DNA from: an uncultured Solirubrobacterales bacterium
Lineage (GTDB): Bacteria; Actinomycetota; Thermoleophilia; Solirubrobacterales; Solirubrobacteraceae
Assembly (NCBI GenBank): GCA_963695965.1
Contig: CAVOIU010000031.1
Span: forward strand, 41,341-105,340
Reading direction: 5' to 3'
Length of the DNA: 64,000 nt
A program made the position numbers and the translations under genes. Below are positions 21,556 through 31,834 of this stretch, piece by piece. Under the pieces are notes generated by a model that saw only the letters and a program-made list of their open reading frames with translations, was not told the origin of the DNA and searched no databases. Every line of letters starts with the position of its first letter. The first letter of the stretch is position 1.

Positions 21556-22584
21556 TTAGCGGATCGCCTCGAAGCGGACCACGCCGGCGTCGTCGAGCTC
21601 GCGGACCAGGCCGTCGCGAAGCAGCAGGTCGAGGTGGCCGAGAACCTCGGACAGCGTCAGGTAGGCCTGCGTGACGGCGACGTTGCCCCACATCTGCACG
21701 GCGATCTCGTACGCGGTCAGCGGCCGGGCGTCCAGCATCCGGAGCATCTTCTCGGCTCGCCGCCGGTGGAGCCGCAGTCGCTCGTCGATCAGCTCCTCAG
21801 GCTCGGTGATCGGCTCGCCGTGGCCGGTGAGCACCACCTGGGCGGGAAGCTCGCGTGTCGCGAGCATCGAGTCGATGTACTGGATCAGCGCCTGCGGGCG
21901 GGACTGCTCCTGCCCCGGCTCGAGCGGCCGGTGCAGCAGCGGGTTTGACGAGATGTGAGCGAGCAGGTGGTCACCGGCGATCAGGATCCGGCGCTCCGCG
22001 TCCCAGAAGATCGTGTCCGAGGGGCTGTGGCCAGGACGGTGCATCACCGTGAAGGCCCGGTCGCGCAGGGCGAGCTGGTCGCCGTCGCGCAGCTCCTGGG
22101 TCACCTTCCCGCGTGATCCGAACGCCCTGAAGGCGACCCCGACCGCGCCCAGCACCGTCGCCATGTCGGCCGGAATCCCGTGGCGGCGCATCACGGCGTG
22201 GGAGAACTCGTCGTCGGCGGTGACGCTCGCGCTGAAGTCGGCGAGGTACGGCGCCAGCAGGTGGAGCGCGGCGACCTCCGCTCCCGAGCGGCGTGAGACG
22301 ACCTCCAGGAGCCCGAGATGGTCCATGTGCTGGTGGGTGATGACGATCAGCTCGAGCTCCTCGATCGTCCGTCCGTGGGCGGCCAGCGCGCGCTCGAGCT
22401 CGTCGAGTGACTTGCCGGAGTTTGGCCCGGTGTCGATCAGCGTCAGCGGCTCGTCTTCGATCAGGTAGCAGTTGACGCGTCCCACGGCGAAGGGAGTGGG
22501 GACCGCAAGGCAGTGGATGCCGGCACTCGCGGCGAAGGCAACCGCGTCCTCGGCAGACGACGGGACACCCCCGGGGAGACTCAA
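21556..22584 (-). CDS. MBL-fold metallo-hydrolase
   Basis: THQHMDHLG, PGHS, AGDHLL and TGHG. The TTG start overlaps the upstream stop. Confidence 0.9.
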   Translation of the reverse strand: MSLPGGVPSSAEDAVAFAASAGIHCLAVPTPFAVGRVNCYLIEDEPLTLIDTGPNSGKSLDELERALAAHGRTIEELELIVITHQHMDHLGLLEVVSRRSGAEVAALHLLAPYLADFSASVTADDEFSHAVMRRHGIPADMATVLGAVGVAFRAFGSRGKVTQELRDGDQLALRDRAFTVMHRPGHSPSDTIFWDAERRILIAGDHLLAHISSNPLLHRPLEPGQEQSRPQALIQYIDSMLATRELPAQVVLTGHGEPITEPEELIDERLRLHRRRAEKMLRMLDARPLTAYEIAVQMWGNVAVTQAYLTLSEVLGHLDLLLRDGLVRELDDAGVVRFEAIR

Positions 22585-23954
22585 GACCGAATCACTGCGA
22601 GCACCTCGTCGCGCCGGCGCTCCATGTCCGCTCGGGAGGTGAGGGACTCGAGGCAGAGCCGCAGCAACGGCTCGGTGTTGGACGGCCGCACGTTGAAGTG
22701 CCAGTCGTCGTACTCGACCGAGAGGCCGTCGAGCCGGTACTGCCTGCCGTCGGAGTAGCGCGCTGCGAGCTCCTCGAGCTTGGCGTGCTGGTCCGACACC
22801 TCCGTGTTGATCTCCCCGGAGATGAAGTACCGAGACCGGTACGGATCGAGCAGCTCCACCAGGCTGAGGCCACGCTCGGACAGCAGCTCGAGGATCAGCA
22901 ACGCGGGGATCGTGCCGGAGTCCGCGCAGTAGAAGTCGTGGAAGTAGTAGTGGCCCGAGACCTCGCCGCCGAACATCGCGTGCTCCTCGCGCATCCGCGC
23001 CTTGAAGAACGCGTGCCCGACGCGATTCATCAGTGCACGTCCGCCCCCGCGCTCGACGGTGTCCGGCACGGCTCGGCTGGCGCGAACGTCGTACAGGATC
23101 GTGGCCCCGGGATGCTTGCCGAGGATCGACTCGGCGAGCAACGCGGTCAGGAAGTCCCCGTCGACGAAGCTTCCCTGCTCGTCGATGAAGAAGCACCGGT
23201 CGGCGTCACCGTCCCACGCGATCCCGAGGTCGGCGCCCTGCTCCACTACCGCTTTCATGATCAGCTCTCGGTTCTCGGGCAGCAGCGGGTTGGGCTCGTG
23301 GTCGGGGAAATTGCCGTCGGGCTCCCAGTAGGTCTTCACCAGGTCCAGCCCGAGCCGCTCGAGCACCGGACCGACCATCGGCCCGGCCATCCCGTTGCCG
23401 CCGTCGAGAACCACCCGCAGCGGCTTCACCGACTCGGGGTCGATCAATCGCAGGACCGCGTCGTGGAACTCATCAGCGATCGCGACCTCCTCGGCCGACC
23501 CGCCGCCCGGCGCTTCGGCGAGACCGGCGGCGATCTTGTCACGCACGTCGTTGATCCCGGCATCGCCTGACAGCGCCATCGCCCCGCGCCCGACGAGCTT
23601 CACTCCCGTGTAGCTCTTCGGATTGTGGGAGGCCGTGCACATCAGCCCACCGTCCAGATCGCGTGAGCCGACCAGGTAGTAGAGCATCTCGGTGGCGACC
23701 ATCCCTGCGTCCAGCACCGTCGCTCCCTCACTGCACATCCCCGTCCGGTAGGCCGCTGCGAGCTCCGGGGCGCTCAGTCGCATGTCACGACCGAGGCCGA
23801 GTCGCAGCTCTGACGGGGCCTTGCCTTCGAGCTCGGCGATCACGTGGACGAAGGCGCGCCCGATCAGCCCGGCGACCTCGGCGTCGAGCTCGGTGCCGTA
23901 CAGCCCGCGGATGTCGTAGGCCTTGAAGATGTCGGGGTTGGCGACGACGCCCAT
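22581..23954 (-). CDS. Phosphomannomutase/phosphoglucomutase
   Basis: IFKAYDIRG, TASHNP, DGDADR and GEVSGH. Confidence 0.95.
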   Translation of the reverse strand: MGVVANPDIFKAYDIRGLYGTELDAEVAGLIGRAFVHVIAELEGKAPSELRLGLGRDMRLSAPELAAAYRTGMCSEGATVLDAGMVATEMLYYLVGSRDLDGGLMCTASHNPKSYTGVKLVGRGAMALSGDAGINDVRDKIAAGLAEAPGGGSAEEVAIADEFHDAVLRLIDPESVKPLRVVLDGGNGMAGPMVGPVLERLGLDLVKTYWEPDGNFPDHEPNPLLPENRELIMKAVVEQGADLGIAWDGDADRCFFIDEQGSFVDGDFLTALLAESILGKHPGATILYDVRASRAVPDTVERGGGRALMNRVGHAFFKARMREEHAMFGGEVSGHYYFHDFYCADSGTIPALLILELLSERGLSLVELLDPYRSRYFISGEINTEVSDQHAKLEELAARYSDGRQYRLDGLSVEYDDWHFNVRPSNTEPLLRLCLESLTSRADMERRRDEVLAVIRS

Positions 23955-23987
23955 CGCGGCTGATGCTACCCGGGGATAATCCCGGCG

Positions 23988-24701
23988 ATGAGGCCGACCG
24001 TGATGATCCTGTGCGGCGGGCGCGGAACGCGCCTGCAGGAGCACACCCAGGCCGTGCCGAAGCCGCTCGTCGAGATCGGCGGGCGGCCGATCGTCTGGCA
24101 CGTGATCCACATCTATCTGGCTCAGGGCTTCCGGCGGTTCGTGCTGCTCACCGGGTACCGCGGCGCGGAGATCCAGGAATTCGTCGGACGCGAGACCTGG
24201 CCGGATCGGACGGAGATCCGGTGCCTGGACACCGGCGAGGACACACCCACCGGCGGGCGCCTGCGCGTCGCCGCCGAGGCGCTCGGCTTCGAGTCGGCAT
24301 GCGTGACCTACGCCGACGGTGTGGCCGACATCGACCTCGACGCGCTGCTCGAGTTCCACGCCGAGCACGGCGGGGCGGCGACGATGACCGTCGTCCGTCC
24401 CCGGCTCCAGTTCGGGGTCGCTGAGCTGAACGGCGATGGCGTCGTGCGGGGGTTCGCCGAGAAGCCACGCACCGAGCACTGGGTCAACGGAGGGTTCTTC
24501 TGCCTCGAGCCCTCGGCGCTCGAGCGGATCGGGCCCGACAGCGTGCTCGAGCGGGAGCCGCTCGAGGGCCTGGCGGCCGACGGCCAGTTGCGCGCCTTCT
24601 GCCACGACGGCTTCTGGGAGTGCATGGACACCTACAAGGACGCGATCGAGCTCAATGACCTGTGGGCCCAGGGCCGGGCGCCGTGGAAGCTGTGGACGTG
24701 A
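23988..24701 (+). CDS. rfbF: Glucose-1-phosphate cytidylyltransferase-like
   Basis: ILCGGRGTRL..PKPLVEIGGRP, TGGRL, WVNGGFF and FWECMDT. Confidence 0.85.
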   Translation: MRPTVMILCGGRGTRLQEHTQAVPKPLVEIGGRPIVWHVIHIYLAQGFRRFVLLTGYRGAEIQEFVGRETWPDRTEIRCLDTGEDTPTGGRLRVAAEALGFESACVTYADGVADIDLDALLEFHAEHGGAATMTVVRPRLQFGVAELNGDGVVRGFAEKPRTEHWVNGGFFCLEPSALERIGPDSVLEREPLEGLAADGQLRAFCHDGFWECMDTYKDAIELNDLWAQGRAPWKLWT

Positions 24702-25756
24702 GCGCGAAGCGCGAAGCCGGCGGCGAAGCGACCGTTTCAGAGCGCGGGGCTGGAGGCCCCGCGGAGGACTCCCTCGCGGGCCACTCCGTGCTCGTGACCG
24801 GGGCCCACGGCCTGCTCGGCGCGTGGCTGATCGCCGGGCTGCTCGAGCGCGATGCCCGAGTGGTCGCGCTGCGCCGTGACGAGCCCGTGGCCTCGACACT
24901 CGAGCTGCTCGGGCTCGCCGATCGGGTCGACGTCGTCCACGGCGATGTCTGCGACGAGGAGACCGTCGCGCGCGCGCTCAACGAGTACGAGGTCGACAGC
25001 GTGTTCCACCTGGCTGCGCAGACGCAGGTGGGGATCGCGAACCGGGCGCCGCGCTCGACCTTCGAGACCAACGTGCGTGGCACCTGGCTCGTGATGGAGG
25101 CGTGCAGGCAGCAGGGCGTGGCGCGCGTGGTCGTGGCCTCGTCGGACAAGGCCTACGGGCCGACGGCGGAGCTTCCGTATCGCGAGGACCATCCGCTTTC
25201 GCCCCGCTTTCCGTATGACGTCTCGAAGGCCTCGGCGGACATGATCGCGCGCTCGTACTGGCACACGTTTGGCCTCCCGGTGGCCGTGACGCGGTTCGCA
25301 AACCTGTATGGAGGGGGCGACGTCAACCGCGCGCGGCTGATTCCCGAAGCCGTCTGCGCGGCGCTCGAGCGGCGGGCCCCGGTGATTCGCTCCGACGGCT
25401 CGCCCGAGCGCGACTTCCTGTACGTCGAGGACGCGGTGCGGGCGTACCTTGCGATCTGGGAGCTGCTGGGCACGGGGCGAGGAGGGGGAGAGGCGTTCAA
25501 CGCCGGCGGCGGAGGGCCCCACAAGGTGGGGGATGTTGTGGCGCTGATCTGCCGGCTCGCGGGGACCGAGGTCACGCCCGACATCCGTGGCGAGGGCACC
25601 CCGCACGGGGAGATCGACAGCCAGTGGGTCGATTCCGGGAAGCTCCGGGAGCTGACCGGGTGGAAGCCCGAGGTGGGCCTTGAGGACGGCCTGCGCCGGA
25701 CGATCGAGTGGTACCGAGCCCATCCGCCCGTCTGGGGACACGCCCCCCGCGTCTAG
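24698..25756 (+). CDS. NDP-sugar 4,6-dehydratase (CDP-glucose 4,6-dehydratase-like)
   Basis: VTGAHGLLG, FHLAAQ, SSDKAY and YDVSK. Coupled to rfbF by a GTGA overlap. Confidence 0.85.
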   Translation: MSAKREAGGEATVSERGAGGPAEDSLAGHSVLVTGAHGLLGAWLIAGLLERDARVVALRRDEPVASTLELLGLADRVDVVHGDVCDEETVARALNEYEVDSVFHLAAQTQVGIANRAPRSTFETNVRGTWLVMEACRQQGVARVVVASSDKAYGPTAELPYREDHPLSPRFPYDVSKASADMIARSYWHTFGLPVAVTRFANLYGGGDVNRARLIPEAVCAALERRAPVIRSDGSPERDFLYVEDAVRAYLAIWELLGTGRGGGEAFNAGGGGPHKVGDVVALICRLAGTEVTPDIRGEGTPHGEIDSQWVDSGKLRELTGWKPEVGLEDGLRRTIEWYRAHPPVWGHAPRV

Positions 25757-25767
25757 ACTCAAATCAG

Positions 25768-26517
25768 ATGTCCGGTCATTCGAAATGGCATTCGATCAAG
25801 CACAAGAAGGCTGTCGTCGACGCCCGTCGCGGGCAGCATTTCACCAAGCTCGCTCGCGCGATTACGGTCGCGGCCCGCGAGGCCGGCGGCGACCCCGACG
25901 GCAACCCCGCCCTGGCATTGGCGGTCCAGAAGGCGCGCGATGCATCGATGCCGAAGGACAACATCGAGCGGGCGATCGCGAAGGGAACCGGCGAGGGCGT
26001 CGATGCGGAGCAGATCGAGACTGTCCTGTACGAGGGTTACGGACCCGGCGGCGTGGCGCTGCTGATCGAAGCGGTCACTGACAATCGCAACCGGACGGGC
26101 GCCGACGTTCGCCATCTGCTCACCAAGCACAGCGGGAACCTCGGCGAGCCTGGATCGGTGTCGTACTTGTTCGACAAGCAGGGAGTGATCGTCGTCGACG
26201 CGACCCGCTACGACGAGGACGACCTGATCCCCGCGATCGATGCGGGCGCGCTGGACATCGTGCGCGACGACGACGTGTTCGAGGCGATCACGGAGCCCGC
26301 GGACCTGGTCGCCGTACGGCGGGCGCTCGAGGACGCCGGTGTCGATCTCGAAAGCTCCGACATCGCCCAGCGCCCAAAGTCGCGCGTGCCGGTCGACGAG
26401 GCCGAGGCCGGCAGGCTGATGCGGCTGATCGACGCGCTCGAGGAATCCGATGACGTCGCCGCCGTTCACGCCAACTACGACGTCGACGCCGCGGTGCTCG
26501 AGCGCATCGCCTCCTAA
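25768..26517 (+). CDS. yebC: YebC/PmpR family protein
   Basis: MSGHSKWHSIKHKK, YEGYGPGG and TDNRNRT. Confidence 0.96.
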   Translation: MSGHSKWHSIKHKKAVVDARRGQHFTKLARAITVAAREAGGDPDGNPALALAVQKARDASMPKDNIERAIAKGTGEGVDAEQIETVLYEGYGPGGVALLIEAVTDNRNRTGADVRHLLTKHSGNLGEPGSVSYLFDKQGVIVVDATRYDEDDLIPAIDAGALDIVRDDDVFEAITEPADLVAVRRALEDAGVDLESSDIAQRPKSRVPVDEAEAGRLMRLIDALEESDDVAAVHANYDVDAAVLERIAS

Positions 26518-26565
26518 GTGGCCTCTGGCGAGGTCGCTGAGCGCTTTCGCTACTCTCTCCCGCCG

Positions 26566-27090
26566 ATGCGCAAGCGTGTACTCGTCATCCCGAGCGCTGT
26601 GGCCGTGGCCGCGGTACTTGCCGCGTGCGGCGGCTCCACGGCTCCGGGCGTCCAGCAGGCTCCGGCCGCCGGGGCGACCCAGGCGTCGGTCCCCACCACC
26701 CCGAAGCCGCCGCCGCAGCTAGCGGCCAAGCCGACGGTCACCGTTCCCAAGGGCCCGGCCCCCAGCCACCTCGTGGTCAAGGACCTGATCCCGGGAACGG
26801 GACAGACCGCCCAGGCGGGTCAGACCGTGACGGTCAACTACGTGGGCGTCCTGTACCAGAACGGCAAGGAGTTCGATTCCTCCTGGAAGCGCAACCAGCC
26901 GTTCAGCACGGCGCTGGCTACCGGCAGCGTGATCCCCGGCTGGGTCAAGGGGATTCCCGGGATGAAGGTCGGGGGGCGTCGCGAGCTGATCGTTCCCGCC
27001 AGCCTCGCATACGGGAAGGCGGGCAGCCCGCCGACGATCCCGCCTAACTCCCCGCTCGTCTTCGTCGTCGATCTGCTGTCCGTTTCTTAG
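26566..27090 (+). CDS. FKBP-type peptidyl-prolyl isomerase (lipoprotein)
   Basis: LAAC lipobox, then VNYVG, FDSSW, VIPGW and GMKVGGRR. Confidence 0.93.
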   Translation: MRKRVLVIPSAVAVAAVLAACGGSTAPGVQQAPAAGATQASVPTTPKPPPQLAAKPTVTVPKGPAPSHLVVKDLIPGTGQTAQAGQTVTVNYVGVLYQNGKEFDSSWKRNQPFSTALATGSVIPGWVKGIPGMKVGGRRELIVPASLAYGKAGSPPTIPPNSPLVFVVDLLSVS

Positions 27091-28198
27091 GCCCGTCCGG
27101 GGCCGGCACCGCTGACAGAGGCCGCGCCCGGTACAGCGGCACCGAGTCGCCGACCCCCTTCAGCCGGTGCCGGCCGGCGAACGACCAGTCGAAGGCGTCC
27201 TGCACGGCGTCACGGACGGCCTTGTCGCACAGGACGCTCCCGGGGCGCGCGATCCCCGTGACCCGGCTGGCGAGATTGACCGCGTGCCCGTAGAAGTCGC
27301 CGGCCCGGAACGTCGTCGGGCCGCAGGCGATCCCGGCGCGGGCAGCGGGAAGGTCGGCGGCTCGAACCTCCTCGATCAGCGAGAGCGAAGCCTCCACCAG
27401 CGGGCCCGCGTCGCGGCTCACGAGCATCGCGGCGTCACCGATCGTCTTTACGAGCCGCACCGGAGGGTCGGCGACCCCCGCCGCCAGGTCGGCGAACGAT
27501 CCCACCACGCCGCCGAGCTCCTGGGCGTCGAGCTCGCTCCCGAGGATCGTGAATCCCACCAGGTCGACGAAGCACACCGACAGCTCCTGCTCCACGGCCA
27601 GCTGGCCGGATTCGCGCTCGGCGCTGCTCAGCACCGCGCGGCGGACCTGCTCACGGAGATGGGCCGTGAACGCCATCAGCAGCACCGGGCTGAGCGCCGG
27701 GACGAGCTGCTCGGTGAGCGCCGAGAACCGCTCGGCGACGTCCTCCTCGGTGTCGCCGGGCTTAAGGAAAGCGCCGGCGAAGCCCGCGGTCGTCGTCGCC
27801 GCCAGCCGGGCCATCGTCTCCCCGAGCACCCGCGTGATCGTGACGATCGCGTCCTCGCCGAACCCGGCCTCGAGAAACAGGCGCGTGGACTGGGCGGCGG
27901 CCACCTCGTCGTCGCCGAACGCGCGCTCGTCCGGACCCGGCTCGGGAAGGCCGAGCAGGCGGCGAAGCCGGATCACGAGCGCCTCCGGCACGCCGGCACG
28001 CTCCGCGACCTCGGCGGCGGTGTACTTGCCGCCAAGCACACGCTCCACGGGCAGCAGCGCGAGCCGGTCCTCCGCGACCGCGGCCTTCAGCTCTTCCTCG
28101 CCGAACCCGTCGGAGAGCAGCCGCTCGAGCAGCTTCATTCGAGCCTCTCGCTCGGGCCCGTCGAGTCCGTCGAGCAGCCCGGCAGCTGCGAAATCCAT
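27044..28198 (-). CDS. Class III adenylate/guanylate cyclase with N-terminal regulatory domain
   Basis: FVDLVGFT, VKTIGDA and DFYGHAVNLASR. Confidence 0.9.
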   Translation of the reverse strand: MDFAAAGLLDGLDGPEREARMKLLERLLSDGFGEEELKAAVAEDRLALLPVERVLGGKYTAAEVAERAGVPEALVIRLRRLLGLPEPGPDERAFGDDEVAAAQSTRLFLEAGFGEDAIVTITRVLGETMARLAATTTAGFAGAFLKPGDTEEDVAERFSALTEQLVPALSPVLLMAFTAHLREQVRRAVLSSAERESGQLAVEQELSVCFVDLVGFTILGSELDAQELGGVVGSFADLAAGVADPPVRLVKTIGDAAMLVSRDAGPLVEASLSLIEEVRAADLPAARAGIACGPTTFRAGDFYGHAVNLASRVTGIARPGSVLCDKAVRDAVQDAFDWSFAGRHRLKGVGDSVPLYRARPLSAVPAPDGPKKRTADRRRRRAGS

Positions 28199-28268
28199 TA
28201 GCGCACCGTCCCGGGCACGCACGTGATGATCTCCGATCGGGGCGCCGTTCGCTAGCTTCTCCGCTCCC

Positions 28269-28955
28269 ATGCTCTCGATTCTGATGCCGGTGTACAACGA
28301 GCGCGAGCGCGTCGAGCGCGCGATTGCCGAGGTCCTCGAGACGGAGCTTCCGGTCGACTTCGAGCTGGTCGTGGTCGACGACGGTTCCACGGACGGGACC
28401 AGGGAGATCCTCAGGGAGGCGAACTGGGATGGCCGGGTGCGCCTGTTCGAGCACCCCGCGAACCGTGGCAAGGGAGCCGCTGTGCAGACCGCTCTGGCGG
28501 AGGCCCGTGGTGATTATGCGGCGATCTTCGACGCCGACTTGGAATACGACCCAGGCGACCTGGCGCTGCTGATGCCCCCGCTGATCGACGGGCGCGCCAA
28601 CGCCTGCTTCGGTGTGCGCGCGTTCGACGGGTACACGAGCCATTCGTTCCTGTTCGTGCTCGGGAACAAGGGCGTCACGCTCGCCTGCAACATCCTGTTC
28701 AACGTGTACCTCCACGACATCATGACCTGCCACAAGATGATCCGGACCGACGTGTTCCGGAGCCTGTCGCTGCACTCGGAGGGGTTTGCGATCGAGCCCG
28801 AGATCGCCGCGCGACTGGTCCAGCGCGGCGAGCGCATCTTCGAGGTTCCCGTGCACTACCGGGCGCGCTCCAACGAGGAGGGCAAGAAGCTGACGGCGCT
28901 CGACGGCTTCCGCGTGATCGGGACGCTCGTGCGCTGCCGGGTCTCGCCGGCCTGA
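28269..28955 (+). CDS. GT2 glycosyltransferase (DPM1-like)
   Basis: SILMPVYNE, VDDGSTDGT, NRGKG and DADLEYDP. Confidence 0.92.
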   Translation: MLSILMPVYNERERVERAIAEVLETELPVDFELVVVDDGSTDGTREILREANWDGRVRLFEHPANRGKGAAVQTALAEARGDYAAIFDADLEYDPGDLALLMPPLIDGRANACFGVRAFDGYTSHSFLFVLGNKGVTLACNILFNVYLHDIMTCHKMIRTDVFRSLSLHSEGFAIEPEIAARLVQRGERIFEVPVHYRARSNEEGKKLTALDGFRVIGTLVRCRVSPA

Positions 28956-29050
28956 ATGCCCTACCGCCCGGGCTCTGGTCGCGGTGCGGGAGCGCCCGTT
29001 CCTTCGGCGCGACGATCGCGTGCGCAGCACTCGCAGCGCTGTCGGCCGCG

Positions 29051-30514
29051 GTGCTCCCGACCGTCCCGAGCTACGACCCGTGGTCGTGGGTCGTGTGGGG
29101 CAGGGAGGTGTTCGACCCGCACCTCAGCTTCTTCGTCGGGGGCGGCCCGTCGTGGAAGCCGCTGCCGGTGATCTTCACCGCCGTGTTCGGGCTGTTCGGG
29201 GGCGCCGGGCCGACACTGTGGGTGATCGCTGCCCGTGCCGGAGGGTTGCTGGGGTTGGTGGCCGCATACCGCCTGGCGGCGCGGCTCGCGGAGGGACGCC
29301 GCTGGGCCGTGGTCGCGGGCCTGATCGCCGCGGCAGGGGTGGTGCTGACGCAGGACTGGGCCTACTACATGTACCGCGGCACCTCCGAGCCGATGCTGAT
29401 CGGCACCTTTCTGTGGGCGATCGACCGCCACCTCGAGCGCAGGTACGCAACGGCGTTCCTGCTCGGCGTGGCGACCTCACTGCTGCGCCCTGAGGCCTGG
29501 CCGCTGGTCGGCGCGTACGCGCTGTGGCTCTGGGTCCGCGTGCCTACTCGGTCTGTGGCCTCCTCGGCGTCCGGCCTCGGACGCCCGGGCCGGGCCTCGG
29601 TCATCCGGCTCCGCGTGCTGGTCGTGGCCGGGCTGGTCGCGATCCCCTTCGGCTGGTTCGTGCCGCCATGGATCAGCACCGGCCAGCCTCTGCTGGCCGC
29701 CTCCCACGCGCACGAGTACAACGGTCACCTCGGCAGCGACCCGTTCCTCGAGGTGCTCCGGCGCGGAGCCGACCTTCAGATCCTCCCGATGCTGATCCTG
29801 GCGCTGGCGGCGGTGGTCCTCACGCTCGCGGGCGCGGCGCGCCCGCTGCGGTGGCAGACGCTCGACTCGCGGGGACGGCTGACCTCGTCGCTCGCGGCAA
29901 TCGCGATCATGTGGTGGACGATCGTGGTGGGGATGACGCTGGTCGGCTATCCGGGGCTCGAGCGGTTCTTCCTTCCCGCTGCCGCGGTGATCTGCGTGCT
30001 GGCGGGAGCGGGCGCGGTACGGCTTGCTCAGCTCTCGGCCGCCTGGCTCCGAGCCCGCGTCAGGAACGTCCGCGTTTCAACCGGCGTCACCGCAGCGCTC
30101 GTCGTGGTGGTGCTGCTGGCCATCTCGATCCCCTTCACCACGACGCGGGTCTCGGCGGCGCGCGCGCAGGAGCCGATCGCCTCGCGCGCCGTGAAGCGGC
30201 TCGATCAGCTCAGCCAGGCCGTCGTCGCGGTCGGGGGGCACGGGCGGGTGTTCCCGTGTCATTCGAGCTTCGTGGCCGTGAACCATTCGGTCCAGACGGC
30301 GCTCGCGTGGAAGCTGCACGTCACCCTCGGCAGGGTCGGGACCTCGATGCGTCACCAGGGACTGTTGTTCGCGGGGCCCCACGACTCGATCGACGGAGGG
30401 CTTCCGCGGATCGATCCGCGCCTGACGAGCATGCAGCTGATCGCGCGCGCCGGCGTGTGGAGTGTGTACCGGATGACGACGCCCGGGTCCGACACGCGCT
30501 GCGTGGGGCGGTGA
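29051..30514 (+). CDS. Polytopic membrane protein, probable GT-C glycosyltransferase (true start probably upstream, about 28956-28984, via a frameshift)
   Basis: Many transmembrane segments, with SYDPWSW in the first loop, SEP and LRPEAW. Adjacent to a DPM1-like GT2. Confidence 0.65.
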   Translation: MLPTVPSYDPWSWVVWGREVFDPHLSFFVGGGPSWKPLPVIFTAVFGLFGGAGPTLWVIAARAGGLLGLVAAYRLAARLAEGRRWAVVAGLIAAAGVVLTQDWAYYMYRGTSEPMLIGTFLWAIDRHLERRYATAFLLGVATSLLRPEAWPLVGAYALWLWVRVPTRSVASSASGLGRPGRASVIRLRVLVVAGLVAIPFGWFVPPWISTGQPLLAASHAHEYNGHLGSDPFLEVLRRGADLQILPMLILALAAVVLTLAGAARPLRWQTLDSRGRLTSSLAAIAIMWWTIVVGMTLVGYPGLERFFLPAAAVICVLAGAGAVRLAQLSAAWLRARVRNVRVSTGVTAALVVVVLLAISIPFTTTRVSAARAQEPIASRAVKRLDQLSQAVVAVGGHGRVFPCHSSFVAVNHSVQTALAWKLHVTLGRVGTSMRHQGLLFAGPHDSIDGGLPRIDPRLTSMQLIARAGVWSVYRMTTPGSDTRCVGR

Positions 30515-30541
30515 CCGGGGCGGGGGAGGCCCGCCTGGTGC

Positions 30542-31723
30542 CTACGCCGTGACCGCGCCGGCCTGGCGCTGGCCATACAGGTAGCCGACAAGCGCGGCGG
30601 TGACCGTCGGGTCGAACTGGGTGCCGGCGCACCGCGTCAGCTCCTCGATCGCCTCGCCGTGCGAGCGAGCGGCTCGATACGGCCGGTCGGAGGTGATCGC
30701 GTGGTATGTGTCTGAAGCGATGATGATGCGGCTGCCGAGCGGGATCTCCTCGCCGGCCAGCCCATCGGGGTAGCCGCCGCCGTCCCAGCGTTCGTGCTCG
30801 TGGCGGACGATCCGGGCCACGCCGCTCATCCCCGGCAGCACGTTCAGGATGCGCTCGCCGATGACCGGGTGCTCCCTCATCAGGACCCACTCCGCGTCCG
30901 TCAGCGGTCCCGGCTTGTGGAGGATCTCGTCCGGGATCGCGACCTTCCCGATGTCGTGGAGCAGCGCTGCGGAGCGGATCCGGTCGACCTCCGCCGCTCG
31001 CAGGCCCAGGTTGCGGGCCACCGATGCGGACATCTCGATCACCGCCTTGGAGTGCTCGCCGGTGTAGCGGTCGCGCTCGCTCAGCGCGACCGCCAGCGCC
31101 TCGATCGCCTCGCGGGGGCCCTTCGGAGCTTCGTCGGTCTGGGGCTGTCGCGTCGATGCAAGGGCCGCCTGGCCGCCGCCGGCCCCCTGAGCGTGTTGGC
31201 ACGCCGTCCGTGCCCCGGCCAGCAGACCCTCGGCGCTCATCCCGCGCTCGAGTCCCGCCACCCCCATCGACACGCTGGTCCCGCTGACCACGCTCTCTCC
31301 CGCCTTCTCGATCTCGGCGATCATCCGCTCGAGCGCGTCGCGAGCCTCCTCGGCCGGGGTTTCTGGAAGCACGATCCCGAACTCATCCGGCCCCGTCCGC
31401 CCGATGAGGTCATGCGAACGAGTGCCATCGGCAAGCCGGCGCGCGATCGCCAGGAGCAGCTCGTCCGCCACCTTGAAGCCACGGGCGATCTCGATTGCGG
31501 GGAAATCCTCGATTCCGACGACGGCGACCGAGAGGGGGCGCTGATAGCGCTGCGCGCGCATCGCCTCCTCGGTCAGCCGGCCGCGGAACGAACGGCCCGT
31601 CAGCAGGCCGGTTACCCCATCCAGCCGGACGCCGCGGGCGCGCTCGGCTTCAAGCTCGGCGACCTGCTCACGCAGCCGCTCGAGCTCGCGCAGCAGATCT
31701 GCTTGCCGTCGAGACTCGAACAT
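30542..31723 (-). CDS. GGDEF (degenerate) + HD-GYP domain protein
   Basis: DGVTGL and GRTGPDEF, then LLHDIGK, HERWDGGGYP and SDRPYR. Confidence 0.9.
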   Translation of the reverse strand: MFESRRQADLLRELERLREQVAELEAERARGVRLDGVTGLLTGRSFRGRLTEEAMRAQRYQRPLSVAVVGIEDFPAIEIARGFKVADELLLAIARRLADGTRSHDLIGRTGPDEFGIVLPETPAEEARDALERMIAEIEKAGESVVSGTSVSMGVAGLERGMSAEGLLAGARTACQHAQGAGGGQAALASTRQPQTDEAPKGPREAIEALAVALSERDRYTGEHSKAVIEMSASVARNLGLRAAEVDRIRSAALLHDIGKVAIPDEILHKPGPLTDAEWVLMREHPVIGERILNVLPGMSGVARIVRHEHERWDGGGYPDGLAGEEIPLGSRIIIASDTYHAITSDRPYRAARSHGEAIEELTRCAGTQFDPTVTAALVGYLYGQRQAGAVTA

Positions 31724-31834
31724 CCGCTACCCGTATCGGCATTCACGCCGGCCGGCCTGAGTTCTGACACTGCGAAGATCGCGCCCGGGCTCCCCGCTGA
31801 AGGCGTCCGGGCGCCAACGCAGAATGGTGCTCAG

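Noticed and set aside
27044-27090. 47-nt convergent overlap of the FKBP and adenylate cyclase genes
   Set aside because: Tail-to-tail overlaps recur in this compact high-GC region, and nothing indicates a special function.
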